The notes beneath the pieces were generated by a model. That model was not told the DNA's origin, ran no database searches, and saw nothing but the letters and a program-made list of their open reading frames with translations. Below are positions 8,193 through 18,362 of a DNA stretch of 44,636 bases, one piece after another. The DNA is from a virus: the UHGV virus genome UHGV-0349104. The stretch is one strand, 5' to 3'. The stretch's first letter is position 1; the number at the start of each line of letters is the position of its first letter. A program made the translations under genes and the position numbers.

Positions 8193-8721
8193 TTGGGAAT
8201 CCATCCGGGCCGAGTACGAAGTGGGGGCGAGCCAGTCCGATCTGTCCAAGCGGTACGGTGTGAGCCGGACGGCCATCCAGAAGCGCATCCGGGCCGAAGG
8301 CTGGGTGCAGGATATTTCCGGCACCGTGAACCGCATGGCGGAGGCCAAGGTTGCGGGCGTGGTTGCAGGCTGCAACACTCAAAAAAAGGCCGAAGCCCTG
8401 AACCGCGCCGCCGAAGCCAAGGCCGCCGTCATCACCCGCCACCAGCGGGAGTGGGATCGGCATCAGGCCCTCATTGATGAGGCGTTGTCCCTGGGCAGCT
8501 TCGAGAAGGCCAAGCTCGCCAAGATCACCGCCGAGACGATCAAGATCAGGCAGGAATGTGAGCGTAAGGTGTGGGGCATCGTGGACAAGGCCGCAGTGGA
8601 TCATACGTCGTCCGACGGCTCCATGTCTCCGCGTCCGGTCGATCTCTCTCGTCTTTCCCCGGATGAGCTGCTCCGGCTGACGCGGGAGGCGTTCAGGGAG
8701 ACGGGGCGGGATGGCGGGTGA
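8176..8721 (+). CDS. terS: terminase small subunit
   Basis: N-terminal HTH (QSDLSKRYGVSRTAIQKRIR), coiled middle; overlaps terminase large subunit start. Confidence 0.55.
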   Translation: MAARFDWESIRAEYEVGASQSDLSKRYGVSRTAIQKRIRAEGWVQDISGTVNRMAEAKVAGVVAGCNTQKKAEALNRAAEAKAAVITRHQREWDRHQALIDEALSLGSFEKAKLAKITAETIKIRQECERKVWGIVDKAAVDHTSSDGSMSPRPVDLSRLSPDELLRLTREAFRETGRDGG

Positions 8722-11700
8722 AGTGCTTGCGGAAATCCGCCGCGCGCTGGCCCGGAGCTGTCTCGCGGCCTTTGTGCGCTACACCATGCCCGGCTACCGC
8801 ATGGGCTGGGTGCACGAGGAAATCTGTTCCGAGCTGGATGCCTTCCTTGCCGACGTCGTAGCCGGGCGTTCCCCGCGCCTCATGCTGACCATGCCGCCCC
8901 GCCACGGGAAAAGCGAGCTGGCCTCCCGCCGCTTCCCGGCCTACGCCTTGGGCCGCTATCCCGATCTATCCGTCATTTCAACGAGCTACGCCGCCGACCT
9001 GTCCTCGCGCATGAACCGCGACGTTCAGCGCGTCATCGACAGTCCGGAATACCGGGAACTCTTCCCGGGAACAGCCCTTTACGGCAAGAATATCCGCACC
9101 GTGGGGAACGGTTCCTACCTCCGCAACTCGGATATATTCGAGGTAGTGGGGCACGCTGGATGCTACCGTTCCGCTGGCGTGGGCGGCGGCATCACGGGCA
9201 TGGGTGCGGAATGCGTTGTCATTGGAACACAAATTGCGACTCCTGACGGAGATCGCGCTATCGAGACCCTACAAGTCGGGGATAACGTGCTATCATACAA
9301 TCATCAAACGGGGGAAATTGAAACTGATATAGTGATAGCGGTAAAGGATCGATATGCAGAAGAAAGCTACCGATTACGCGATGCCCTTGGCAGAGTTCTT
9401 GAAGTTACAGGAAACCATCCGATCTTTTCACGGGGGGAATATACCCCTGCATCATCAATTGCCACGGGTGATCCTATCTTGTGCCTGGTGTGGCCTGGAG
9501 TTTGTGAGGCCGGCTTATGTGGTGGCCAAAAATATCAGGAAGGGGATGAAAGATTTCTACTGCTGCAAGGAACATTCTTGTGCCCATCATGCAGTCAAGA
9601 ACAGCAAGACGTGCCCCGGTTGTGGACGGATCATCAAACACACAGGGAGAACCAAAGGGGCAAAGACCTGCCCGGAATGTGCCGCAAAATTCAAGAAGCC
9701 GAGCCAGGTCCCTGTCGAGCATCAGCCCAGAGAAAAAATTTGCCCTATCTGCAACAAGCTCTTTATGTCTGCCCACAGGGGACGCGGTATTTTTGCCAAG
9801 TATTGCAGCAAGCGGTGCAGCGAAATTGCACACTCTATTCTGATGTCTGGCAAGGGGAATCCCCGATACCGTCACGGCATGACTCCCTTGCGGGAACAGG
9901 TGCACTCTGCGCGGGCATTCCGACAGTTTCGGCCTTTGATTTTAGACAGGGATCAGCATCGTTGTGTTCTATGTGGCAAGGAGGAAACACGGTTGGAGGT
10001 TCATCACATGGATCTTATTCCGATCAACAATGTTGCGACAAACTTGATTACGCTGTGCAGCAAGTGCCACAGGATCTTGCACGGCATGAAAGAAGAACAG
10101 TACAAGCGGGACATATTGCCAACATTGCGCGAATATACGGAACAGCACGCCGTTTTGTTGATATCCAAGTAGCACGTAATCAGAACTTCTTTGCCGGCGG
10201 TGTCCTTGTCCACAACTGCGCTATCATCGACGACCCATTCAAAGATCGGGCGTCCGCCGATTCCCCGACCATCCGCCAGAACGTCTGGGACTGGTACACG
10301 TCCACGTTGTACACGCGCCTCGCGCCCGGTGGAGGGGTGCTCATCATCAACACTCGCTGGCACATGGCTGACCTTTCCGGGCGGCTGCTTGAGGCCGCCG
10401 CACGGGGGGAGGGCGACCACTGGCGCGTGGTAAACTTCCCGGCCATCGCCACGGAGGATGAGCCGCACCGCAAGGCAGGTGAAGCCTTACACCCTGAACG
10501 CTACCCGTTGGAGCAGCTTCTTGCCATCAAGAAAGCCCTCGGCACACGCGACTGGGAGGCCCTGTACCAGCAGCGGCCTACGCCAGACGGCGGCGCCATC
10601 TTCAAATCCGAGTGGCTGCGGTTCTGGCTCCCCAAAGACCTGCCGGAGCAGTTCGACCAGCTCCTTATCTCGTGGGATATGACGTTCAAGGACGGCGACG
10701 ATACCGACTTTGTTGTGGGGCAGGTGTGGGGCCGCAAGGGGGCAGACCGCTACCTCCTCGATCAGGTCCGGCGGCGCATGGGATTTACGGACACGGTCGC
10801 CGCGTTCCGGGAGCTCGCCGCCAAATGGCCCGGCGCAACCCGCAAGCTGGTGGAAGACAAGGCCAACGGCCCGGCGGTCATCGACGCGCTGAAACATGCC
10901 GTGCCCGGTATCATCCCCGTGGAGCCGGACGGCAGCAAGACGGCTCGCGCCCATGCTGTGACTACGTTCTTCGAGGCCGGGAACGTCCTGCTCCCGCACC
11001 CTGAGCATTGCCCGTGGGCGCGGGAGTACGTCGCGGAACTGACACAGTTCCCCGGTGCGCCCCACGACGATCAATGTTTTGCTGCAGGCACTTTAGTTGC
11101 GACTTTGCGAGGGGGTATCCCAATTGAAAAAGTAAAGGAAGGTGATTTTGTTGTGACTCCTCAAGGGTTTAGGCGTGTGTTGTTCGCTGGAAAAACCGGA
11201 GAGTCTGTGTTATTGTATCGACATGGAATTTTTGCAACTGCGAATCATCCGTTCATGAAAACCAGTGGAGAAGTTTGCAAATTTGCAGAAATAGAAAAGT
11301 CTGAACTTGTTCACATGACTATAAGGGAGTTGCTAGTATGGATATTCCGAAAAGAGTTGAATTTAATGGCGTCACCTATGCCCTCATGGCAGGGGGGAAA
11401 TACTATCTTAGTCAGTCAAAAACAAACGCAGGTAGGAAAAATCCGAAGGGGCTTCATGTCGCTATTTGGGAATACTACAGTGGCAAGAAAGTCCCTAAAG
11501 GGTATGAGATTCATCACAAAGATGGTAATACACATAACAACAATTTTGACAACCTTGAGTGTTTATCACGTTGTGAACACCGCAAAACGGTTAAGCAAAA
11601 CAAAGAAAAATGCCGTAAGCACCTTGAAGAAGTACGCCCTCTTGCTACTGAGTGGCACAGGAGCGAAGAAGGCCGTGCATGGCATCGAGAGCAAAGCAGG

Positions 11701-12139
11701 AAGGCATACGCAAAAAGAGAGTATACTGAGCATGTTTGTGAGTACTGCGGCAAGACGTATAAAACGCGCCATACGGGAAAAAACCGCTTCTGTTCCCATA
11801 ATTGTGAAATCAAATGGCGATATCACAATGAATACGAGCTTGCCGAGGGTGTGTGCCAATGGTGCGGCAAACCGTTCACATACAAGACCGGAACCTGCAG
11901 AAAAAACAAAGTACGTAAATTCTGCAGCAAGTCTTGCAGCACAAGCCACTTCAACGCCCAACGCCGTGCCAGTGTATAACCTCACCGTAGAGGGCGAGCA
12001 CCTTTATTTTGCTAATGGGGTGCTCGTCCACAATTGTGACGCCACCACTCAGGCCCTCCGCGACTTCGACGCCAAACGCCCCATGTCTATCAATCCTGCT
12101 ATCCTCACTCAACCACGTATAGGGTATCGCTTCCGGTAA
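8711..12139 (+). CDS. terL: terminase large subunit precursor carrying two inteins
   Basis: N-terminal ATPase (MPPRHGKSE Walker A-like, IIDDPF Walker B region) and C-terminal nuclease region; 1142-aa ORF leaves about 487 aa of extein after removing the two inteins. Confidence 0.8.
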   Translation: MAGEVLAEIRRALARSCLAAFVRYTMPGYRMGWVHEEICSELDAFLADVVAGRSPRLMLTMPPRHGKSELASRRFPAYALGRYPDLSVISTSYAADLSSRMNRDVQRVIDSPEYRELFPGTALYGKNIRTVGNGSYLRNSDIFEVVGHAGCYRSAGVGGGITGMGAECVVIGTQIATPDGDRAIETLQVGDNVLSYNHQTGEIETDIVIAVKDRYAEESYRLRDALGRVLEVTGNHPIFSRGEYTPASSIATGDPILCLVWPGVCEAGLCGGQKYQEGDERFLLLQGTFLCPSCSQEQQDVPRLWTDHQTHRENQRGKDLPGMCRKIQEAEPGPCRASAQRKNLPYLQQALYVCPQGTRYFCQVLQQAVQRNCTLYSDVWQGESPIPSRHDSLAGTGALCAGIPTVSAFDFRQGSASLCSMWQGGNTVGGSSHGSYSDQQCCDKLDYAVQQVPQDLARHERRTVQAGHIANIARIYGTARRFVDIQVARNQNFFAGGVLVHNCAIIDDPFKDRASADSPTIRQNVWDWYTSTLYTRLAPGGGVLIINTRWHMADLSGRLLEAAARGEGDHWRVVNFPAIATEDEPHRKAGEALHPERYPLEQLLAIKKALGTRDWEALYQQRPTPDGGAIFKSEWLRFWLPKDLPEQFDQLLISWDMTFKDGDDTDFVVGQVWGRKGADRYLLDQVRRRMGFTDTVAAFRELAAKWPGATRKLVEDKANGPAVIDALKHAVPGIIPVEPDGSKTARAHAVTTFFEAGNVLLPHPEHCPWAREYVAELTQFPGAPHDDQCFAAGTLVATLRGGIPIEKVKEGDFVVTPQGFRRVLFAGKTGESVLLYRHGIFATANHPFMKTSGEVCKFAEIEKSELVHMTIRELLVWIFRKELNLMASPMPSWQGGNTILVSQKQTQVGKIRRGFMSLFGNTTVARKSLKGMRFITKMVIHITTILTTLSVYHVVNTAKRLSKTKKNAVSTLKKYALLLLSGTGAKKAVHGIESKAGRHTQKESILSMFVSTAARRIKRAIREKTASVPIIVKSNGDITMNTSLPRVCANGAANRSHTRPEPAEKTKYVNSAASLAAQATSTPNAVPVYNLTVEGEHLYFANGVLVHNCDATTQALRDFDAKRPMSINPAILTQPRIGYRFR
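9212..10216 (+). mobile_element. intein 1 in terL
   Basis: N-terminal Cys (CVVIGTQIATPDG), block B VTGNHPIF, C-terminal GGVLVHN followed by Cys+1; inserted between GMGAE and CAIIDDPF. Confidence 0.75.
9354..10172 (+). CDS. free-standing HNH endonuclease with zinc ribbons, alternate frame inside intein 1
   Basis: HNH motif RLEVHHMDLIPINNVATNLITLCSKCH; repeated Cys ribbons; ends 4 nt before intein C-terminal block; true start may lie downstream of 9354. Confidence 0.65.
   Translation: MQKKATDYAMPLAEFLKLQETIRSFHGGNIPLHHQLPRVILSCAWCGLEFVRPAYVVAKNIRKGMKDFYCCKEHSCAHHAVKNSKTCPGCGRIIKHTGRTKGAKTCPECAAKFKKPSQVPVEHQPREKICPICNKLFMSAHRGRGIFAKYCSKRCSEIAHSILMSGKGNPRYRHGMTPLREQVHSARAFRQFRPLILDRDQHRCVLCGKEETRLEVHHMDLIPINNVATNLITLCSKCHRILHGMKEEQYKRDILPTLREYTEQHAVLLISK
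11075..12034 (+). mobile_element. intein 2 in terL
   Basis: Begins CFAAGTLVATL, block B TANHPFM, ends YFANGVLVHN plus Cys+1; AT-rich interior. Confidence 0.75.
11338..11979 (+). CDS. free-standing HNH endonuclease with zinc ribbons, alternate frame inside intein 2
   Basis: N-terminal NGVTYALMAGGKYYLSQ..GYEIHHKDGNTHNNNFDNLE (HNH_3-like), then CEYCG..FCSHNCE and CQWCG..FCSKSCS ribbons; own RBS AAGGGAG. Confidence 0.7.
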   Translation: MDIPKRVEFNGVTYALMAGGKYYLSQSKTNAGRKNPKGLHVAIWEYYSGKKVPKGYEIHHKDGNTHNNNFDNLECLSRCEHRKTVKQNKEKCRKHLEEVRPLATEWHRSEEGRAWHREQSRKAYAKREYTEHVCEYCGKTYKTRHTGKNRFCSHNCEIKWRYHNEYELAEGVCQWCGKPFTYKTGTCRKNKVRKFCSKSCSTSHFNAQRRASV

Positions 12140-12144
12140 ACTCC

Positions 12145-12161
12145 GAACCTTGTTCACGGTG
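12145..12161 (+). promoter_or_regulatory. conserved boundary motif GAACCTTGTTCACGGTG (copy 2)
   Basis: 6 nt after terL stop and 34 nt before portal start. Confidence 0.5.
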
Positions 12162-12194
12162 TAAATTCTTCTTCGCTCATAGCATGATGCCCTC

Positions 12195-13745
12195 ATGAGC
12201 AAGAAGCGCACTTATCGCAACGCTACCTCCATAGCCCCGCAAGCCGTGCAGCCGTCGCGCCGTCTGAATCTCTCCCCGGGCGTGCGTGACGGCCTTGCTC
12301 AGCCTTTGCCCCTTACGCCCGACGACATCAGCCGGATGTACGGTCCTGCGAAGACGCTCGGCGCGCCCGAAGAAGTGCAGCTTGCAATGGACGCACAGCT
12401 TGCGGATTCCGGCGTCTATTCCCTGCTCCAGCATTCGCTTGAACTTGGCGTAGGCATCGCCCCGCAGTTCATGGGCTATGGCGTCCTCCAGAACCTCGCT
12501 CAGAACGGCTTGATCCGCGCTTGCGTCGAGACGGTATCGGACGACATGACCCGCGTGTGGATTGACTTCAAGCGTGAAGGGGAGGGCGGCGATGACTCAT
12601 TGCTCACCGACCTCGCGCAAACGTGCAAGACGTTCGGGCTCCAACGTCTTTTCCATGAAGCGACGGAACTTGTGGGCTATGAGGGCGGGGCCTTCCTTTT
12701 CATCGACACGGGGGCCATTGGCCAGGAGCTGGAACGCCCTCTGAACATCGGCCCGTACTCGGCCGAACTGCAACCCGGGGCCCCGTTGCGTTTCGTCGTC
12801 ATCGACCCGGTGAATGTCTTCCCCGGGGACTACAACAGTCTTTCGCCGCTGGAACCAGACTATTTCCGTCCCCACTGGTGGTGGGTGCTCGGACAGCGTG
12901 TGCATGCTTCCCGTCTCATCCGGCTGGTGGCCAACGAGTGTCCCGTGCTGCTGCGGCCCGCCTACAACTTTCTGGGGATTCCACAGGCGCAGATTCTCTG
13001 GGATTACGTGCTGCACTTTCAGGAGTGCCGCGCAGCCGAATCCCGGCTCCTGACCAAGTTCTCGCTGACCGTCTTCAAGACGAAGATGGAAGACATCCTG
13101 TATGCGGCTGGGGGCACGGCGCAGCTTGATGCCCGCATCCGGTACATGATCCAGTCCATGACGAATGACGGCGTACTTGCCGTGGACAAAGAGACGGAAG
13201 AGGTGGTGAAGCTGGAAACGCCGCTTTCCGGCGTGACCGACATCGTGCGCCAGTCCCTTGAAATCCTCGCCGCCTTGAACCGTACCCCGGCGGTCAAGCT
13301 GCTCGGCATCAGCCCCTCAGGTTTCAACGCCACGGGCGAATCGGACATCCGCAACTATTACGACCACGTGAGGAGCCAGCAGGAGAAGGTGCTCCGCGAC
13401 GGCATCAAGAAGGCGCTTGATTGTCTTCAGCTTCACCTGCGCGGGGAGATCGATCCGTCCGTGACCTTCGACTTCGCGCCGCTCGGCGAAAAGGACAGGG
13501 CGGCCCTTGCCATGCTCCAGAAGACCAAGGCCGACACCATCGCCGTCTACACGGATCGGGACATCATCTCTCAGGAAGAAGCCCGGCAATCACTTGCCAG
13601 CGACCCGGACAGCGGCTTCTCGGACATTGACCCAGCGGAAGTGCCGCAGGGCAACGGAATGCCTGACGCACTGCCGGAAGCCGGGGAAGAGGGCTTGATG
13701 CCCGACATCGACGATGTGGACAAGGCAGGGGCCGTCTATGGCTAA
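12195..13745 (+). CDS. portal protein (Mu gp29/DUF935-like)
   Basis: 516 aa immediately after terminase; acidic C-terminus; typical size and position. Confidence 0.6.
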   Translation: MSKKRTYRNATSIAPQAVQPSRRLNLSPGVRDGLAQPLPLTPDDISRMYGPAKTLGAPEEVQLAMDAQLADSGVYSLLQHSLELGVGIAPQFMGYGVLQNLAQNGLIRACVETVSDDMTRVWIDFKREGEGGDDSLLTDLAQTCKTFGLQRLFHEATELVGYEGGAFLFIDTGAIGQELERPLNIGPYSAELQPGAPLRFVVIDPVNVFPGDYNSLSPLEPDYFRPHWWWVLGQRVHASRLIRLVANECPVLLRPAYNFLGIPQAQILWDYVLHFQECRAAESRLLTKFSLTVFKTKMEDILYAAGGTAQLDARIRYMIQSMTNDGVLAVDKETEEVVKLETPLSGVTDIVRQSLEILAALNRTPAVKLLGISPSGFNATGESDIRNYYDHVRSQQEKVLRDGIKKALDCLQLHLRGEIDPSVTFDFAPLGEKDRAALAMLQKTKADTIAVYTDRDIISQEEARQSLASDPDSGFSDIDPAEVPQGNGMPDALPEAGEEGLMPDIDDVDKAGAVYG

Positions 13746-14520
13746 GGTCATCCGCGCCATCAAGCCCAACGCGGGCATCCGGGCGAAATACCGGAAGCGG
13801 CTGGTGTCGCTTCTCGACGAGATGCAGCGTTCCGTCGTGTGGTGGCTGCGCGCCGAGTACCGACAGCAGGAAGCTCGGATAGCGCAGGATGCATCCCCGG
13901 CAAGTGACCTGCAAGACCGCCTTAAACGCCTGTTCCGGTACTGGACGAAGCGGTGGAGGGAAAGCGCGGAGAGTTTTGCGCGGGAGTTCGTGGGCAGTAC
14001 GAGGCGGCGCACGGAAGCCAGCATGAAGCAGGCCCTCAAGGATGCGGGCTTTACGGTGAGGATGGATAGAAGCAGGGCCATGAACGACGTGGCGCGGGCT
14101 CTTTTCGAGGAAAATGTCAACCTCATCAAGTCCATCCCGCAGCACTATTTCACGGAAGTGACGGGGCTTGTACAGCGATCCGCCAGCATGGGCCGGGGCG
14201 TGGCCTTTCTTACCGACGAACTGCACAAGAGGTACGAGATCACCCGGCGCCGGGCCGAATTTATCGCCCGTGACCAGTCCAACAAAGCGACTGAGGCTCT
14301 TAAGCGGGTGCAGGACAAAGAGCTCGGCATCACCGAAGGCATCTGGGTGCATGTGCCGGGAAAAAAAACGAGCCGCCATACCCACCAGATGATGAACGGG
14401 AAAAAGTTCGTCATCGCGGAAGGGCTCTACGACTCTGACGTGAAGCGCAAGGTGCTTTGCGGCGAGCTTCCGGGGTGCCAATGCACGTATCGGTCCGTCA
14501 TCCCTGAATTTGGAGACTAG
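13738..14520 (+). CDS. head morphogenesis protein (Mu F / SPP1 gp7 family)
   Basis: C-terminal region ARDQSNKATEAL...GIWVHVPGKKTSRHTHQMMNGKKF typical of Phage_Mu_F domain; ATG overlaps portal stop. Confidence 0.6.
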   Translation: MAKVIRAIKPNAGIRAKYRKRLVSLLDEMQRSVVWWLRAEYRQQEARIAQDASPASDLQDRLKRLFRYWTKRWRESAESFAREFVGSTRRRTEASMKQALKDAGFTVRMDRSRAMNDVARALFEENVNLIKSIPQHYFTEVTGLVQRSASMGRGVAFLTDELHKRYEITRRRAEFIARDQSNKATEALKRVQDKELGITEGIWVHVPGKKTSRHTHQMMNGKKFVIAEGLYDSDVKRKVLCGELPGCQCTYRSVIPEFGD

Positions 14521-16236
<1,716 letters not shown>

Positions 16237-16246
16237 GAGGCACACC

Positions 16247-16885
16247 ATGCCTTTGCAGTCCCAAGTCAATCTCTCCGTCGCTCCCGGCGTCGCTGGCGAT
16301 AAAGCGACGCCCGACCAGAGCATCTACACCCCGCTCAACCCTCTGGCGGCGGTGGCCCTCCCTGTGGGGCGCTTCGTCTTCCCCGTCGTGGATTCCGGCG
16401 TGATCGACAACACGCAGGCCACCAACGTTGCTGGCACCGCCACAGCCGTGCTCGGCTTCGTGGAGCGCGTCATCAACTACGTGAACTACGAACTGCTTTC
16501 TGACGGCACTTTGACCGTCCCGGCAGGCTCGAACCTCACCGTGGCCGTAAAGGGCGACTATTGGGCCGTTTCCACGACCAAGGCCACGGTGGGGCAGGCC
16601 GTCCTTGCCTCCACCGCTGACGGTTCAATCAGCACCGGGACCCCCGACGCCACGCACCTCGATACGGGGTGGGTCGTCAAGACGCCCGGCGAAATCGGGG
16701 AACCGATCATCATCAGCAATTGGGGACAGGCCGCAGCGTCGGGATCCGGCGGCGACACCTCGAACCTGATGCAGAAAGATTTCAGCAACGCCACCGGAGC
16801 GCTCGGCGTGGCCAACGGCGGAACTGGCGCAACCACTGCGGAACAGGACCGCACCAACCTCGGCGCAGCCGCCGCCGGAGCGTAG
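16247..16885 (+). CDS. putative head structural / decoration protein
   Basis: 212 aa Gly/Thr/Ala-rich; strong RBS AGGAGG; sits between scaffold and major capsid. Confidence 0.35.
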   Translation: MPLQSQVNLSVAPGVAGDKATPDQSIYTPLNPLAAVALPVGRFVFPVVDSGVIDNTQATNVAGTATAVLGFVERVINYVNYELLSDGTLTVPAGSNLTVAVKGDYWAVSTTKATVGQAVLASTADGSISTGTPDATHLDTGWVVKTPGEIGEPIIISNWGQAAASGSGGDTSNLMQKDFSNATGALGVANGGTGATTAEQDRTNLGAAAAGA

Positions 16886-16895
16886 GAGGTACTAT

Positions 16896-17909
16896 ATGAA
16901 TCCGACTTTTGAACAGGCCAAGCGCTACGGCTTTATCTTCCCGGGCGCCCGCATGTGGGCAACCCCGGAGAACCGCGCTCGCATCGCGCAGGACGCCGCG
17001 CTCATCACTACTCCGAACACGACCGTCCCCGCCGAGCTTCTGGCGTATATCGACCCGATGGTCATCGAAATCCTGACCGCGCCCCGGCGCGCCCGTGAAA
17101 TCTTCGGTGAAGAGAAGAAGGGCGATTGGACGACCCCGTACATGAAGTGGCGCGTGGACGAAATGACTGGAAAGACCGAGCCGTATTCCGACTATGCCAA
17201 CGGCACGACTTCGGGCGTGAACTCCGAATGGCAAACCCGCGTGCAGTACGTCTTCCAGACGTCCATCACCTACGGAGACTTTGAAGTGGACATGTCGAGC
17301 ACGGCGAAAGTTAACCTCGCTGCCTCCAAGCAGCGTGCGGCCGCCAACGTCATCGACATCGACCAGAACCGTTTCTACCTGCTCGGCGTCGCCGGGAAGG
17401 AAATCTACGGCATCCTTAACGATCCGAACCTCCCTGCTGCGATCACCGCAGGGGCCACGGGCACGGGCGGCTCCACGAAATGGGCCGACAAGACCACGGT
17501 GCAGATCTACAATGACGTCCTCGCCCTGTTCGCGCAGCTTTCCGAGCAGTCCAGCGGCCTCATTGACAAGGACACGCCCCTCAAGCTCTGCCTCTCCCCC
17601 GAACTGGCCGTTCGCCTCGGCGCGGCTACCGATTTCAACGTGTCCGTGCTGGATATGTTGAAGCGGTACTTCACCCGCATTGACATCGTGACCGTCCCCG
17701 AGCTGCACAGCATGACCGCCGGGGAAACCATGTTCCTCATCGCCCCCGAAGTGAACGGGCAGCGATCCGGCACGCTGGCCTTCGGAGAAAAGATGCGTGC
17801 TGGACGCGTCGTGCCCGACCTGTCCAGCTTCCGTCAGAAGTTCGTCGGCACCACCTACGGCGGCATCGTGCTCATGCCCTTTGCCTTTGCGCAGATGACA
17901 GGCATGTAA
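16896..17909 (+). CDS. major capsid protein
   Basis: 337 aa, RBS GGAGG, last head gene followed by strong terminator; size and position typical. Confidence 0.55.
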   Translation: MNPTFEQAKRYGFIFPGARMWATPENRARIAQDAALITTPNTTVPAELLAYIDPMVIEILTAPRRAREIFGEEKKGDWTTPYMKWRVDEMTGKTEPYSDYANGTTSGVNSEWQTRVQYVFQTSITYGDFEVDMSSTAKVNLAASKQRAAANVIDIDQNRFYLLGVAGKEIYGILNDPNLPAAITAGATGTGGSTKWADKTTVQIYNDVLALFAQLSEQSSGLIDKDTPLKLCLSPELAVRLGAATDFNVSVLDMLKRYFTRIDIVTVPELHSMTAGETMFLIAPEVNGQRSGTLAFGEKMRAGRVVPDLSSFRQKFVGTTYGGIVLMPFAFAQMTGM

Positions 17910-17932
17910 AGCTGCTGCCTTCCCCCCATGCG

Positions 17933-17972
17933 AAAGCCCCAACCGTTAAACATGCGGTTGGGGCTTTCTTTA
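17933..17972 (+). terminator. rho-independent terminator after capsid gene
   Basis: 10-bp stem GCCCCAACCG/CGGTTGGGGC, loop ttaaacatg, followed by TTTCTTT. Confidence 0.7.
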
Positions 17973-17984
17973 CGTAGTCAGGCG

Positions 17985-18206
17985 TCATTTTCCAAGCGGC
18001 TGTATATTTGCGTCCAGCCACATCTCGACTGCTTCCCGTACTACCTGTGAGCGTAGGATACCCCTATCCGTACATACATCGTTCAGCCGTTCCCAGACAT
18101 GATCCGGCATAGATACAGTCTTTACTGTTGCACGATTTTCAACCTTTTTTTTACGTCCAGATCCTTTACGGCGTCCACCCTGCTTTTTTTCTTGTGCATC
18201 ATTCAT
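17985..18206 (-). CDS. ribbon-helix-helix (CopG/Arc-like) DNA-binding protein
   Basis: RATVKTVSMPDHVWERLNDVCTDRGILRSQVVREAVEMWL matches RHH pattern; basic N-terminal tail; GC about 50%. Confidence 0.45.
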   Translation of the reverse strand: MNDAQEKKQGGRRKGSGRKKKVENRATVKTVSMPDHVWERLNDVCTDRGILRSQVVREAVEMWLDANIQPLGK

Positions 18207-18300
18207 TTGTTGAATCTCCCCTCATCAAAAAGCTATCTTCTTCCCACTGGCTGCGCCAGAAATACCCGTGTATCCTCTTTTCAGTAGAGACGTATTCTTT

Positions 18301-18345
18301 GACATCCTCCCCCTGAAGGGGGAGGTTTTACGGCGCGTTGGATAA
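18301..18345 (+). repeat. 45-nt GC-hairpin repeat element, copy 1 of 5
   Basis: gacATCCTCCCCCTGAAGGGGGAGGTTTTACGGCGCGTTGGATAA; perfect 8-bp stem CCTCCCCC/GGGGGAGG followed by TTTTA. Confidence 0.7.
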
Positions 18346-18362
18346 GATCGTCGATGTCTATC

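Noticed and set aside
7336-8604. 422-aa minus-strand ORF antisense to the packaging genes; similarly 13564..14532, 15082..16323, 16782..17942, 23739..24902, 25227..26006 and 29767..30720 on the minus strand
   Set aside because: These are long antisense open frames typical of high-GC DNA. They overlap well-supported plus-strand genes, have no RBS or motifs, and have Arg/Pro/Gly-rich low-complexity translations.
8711-12139. Inteins reinterpreted as group I introns with free-standing HNH genes
   Set aside because: Canonical protein-splicing motifs (Cys1, block B TxNHPxF, terminal HN plus Cys) are present in the terminase reading frame at both insertions, and that frame is continuously open. This favours inteins.
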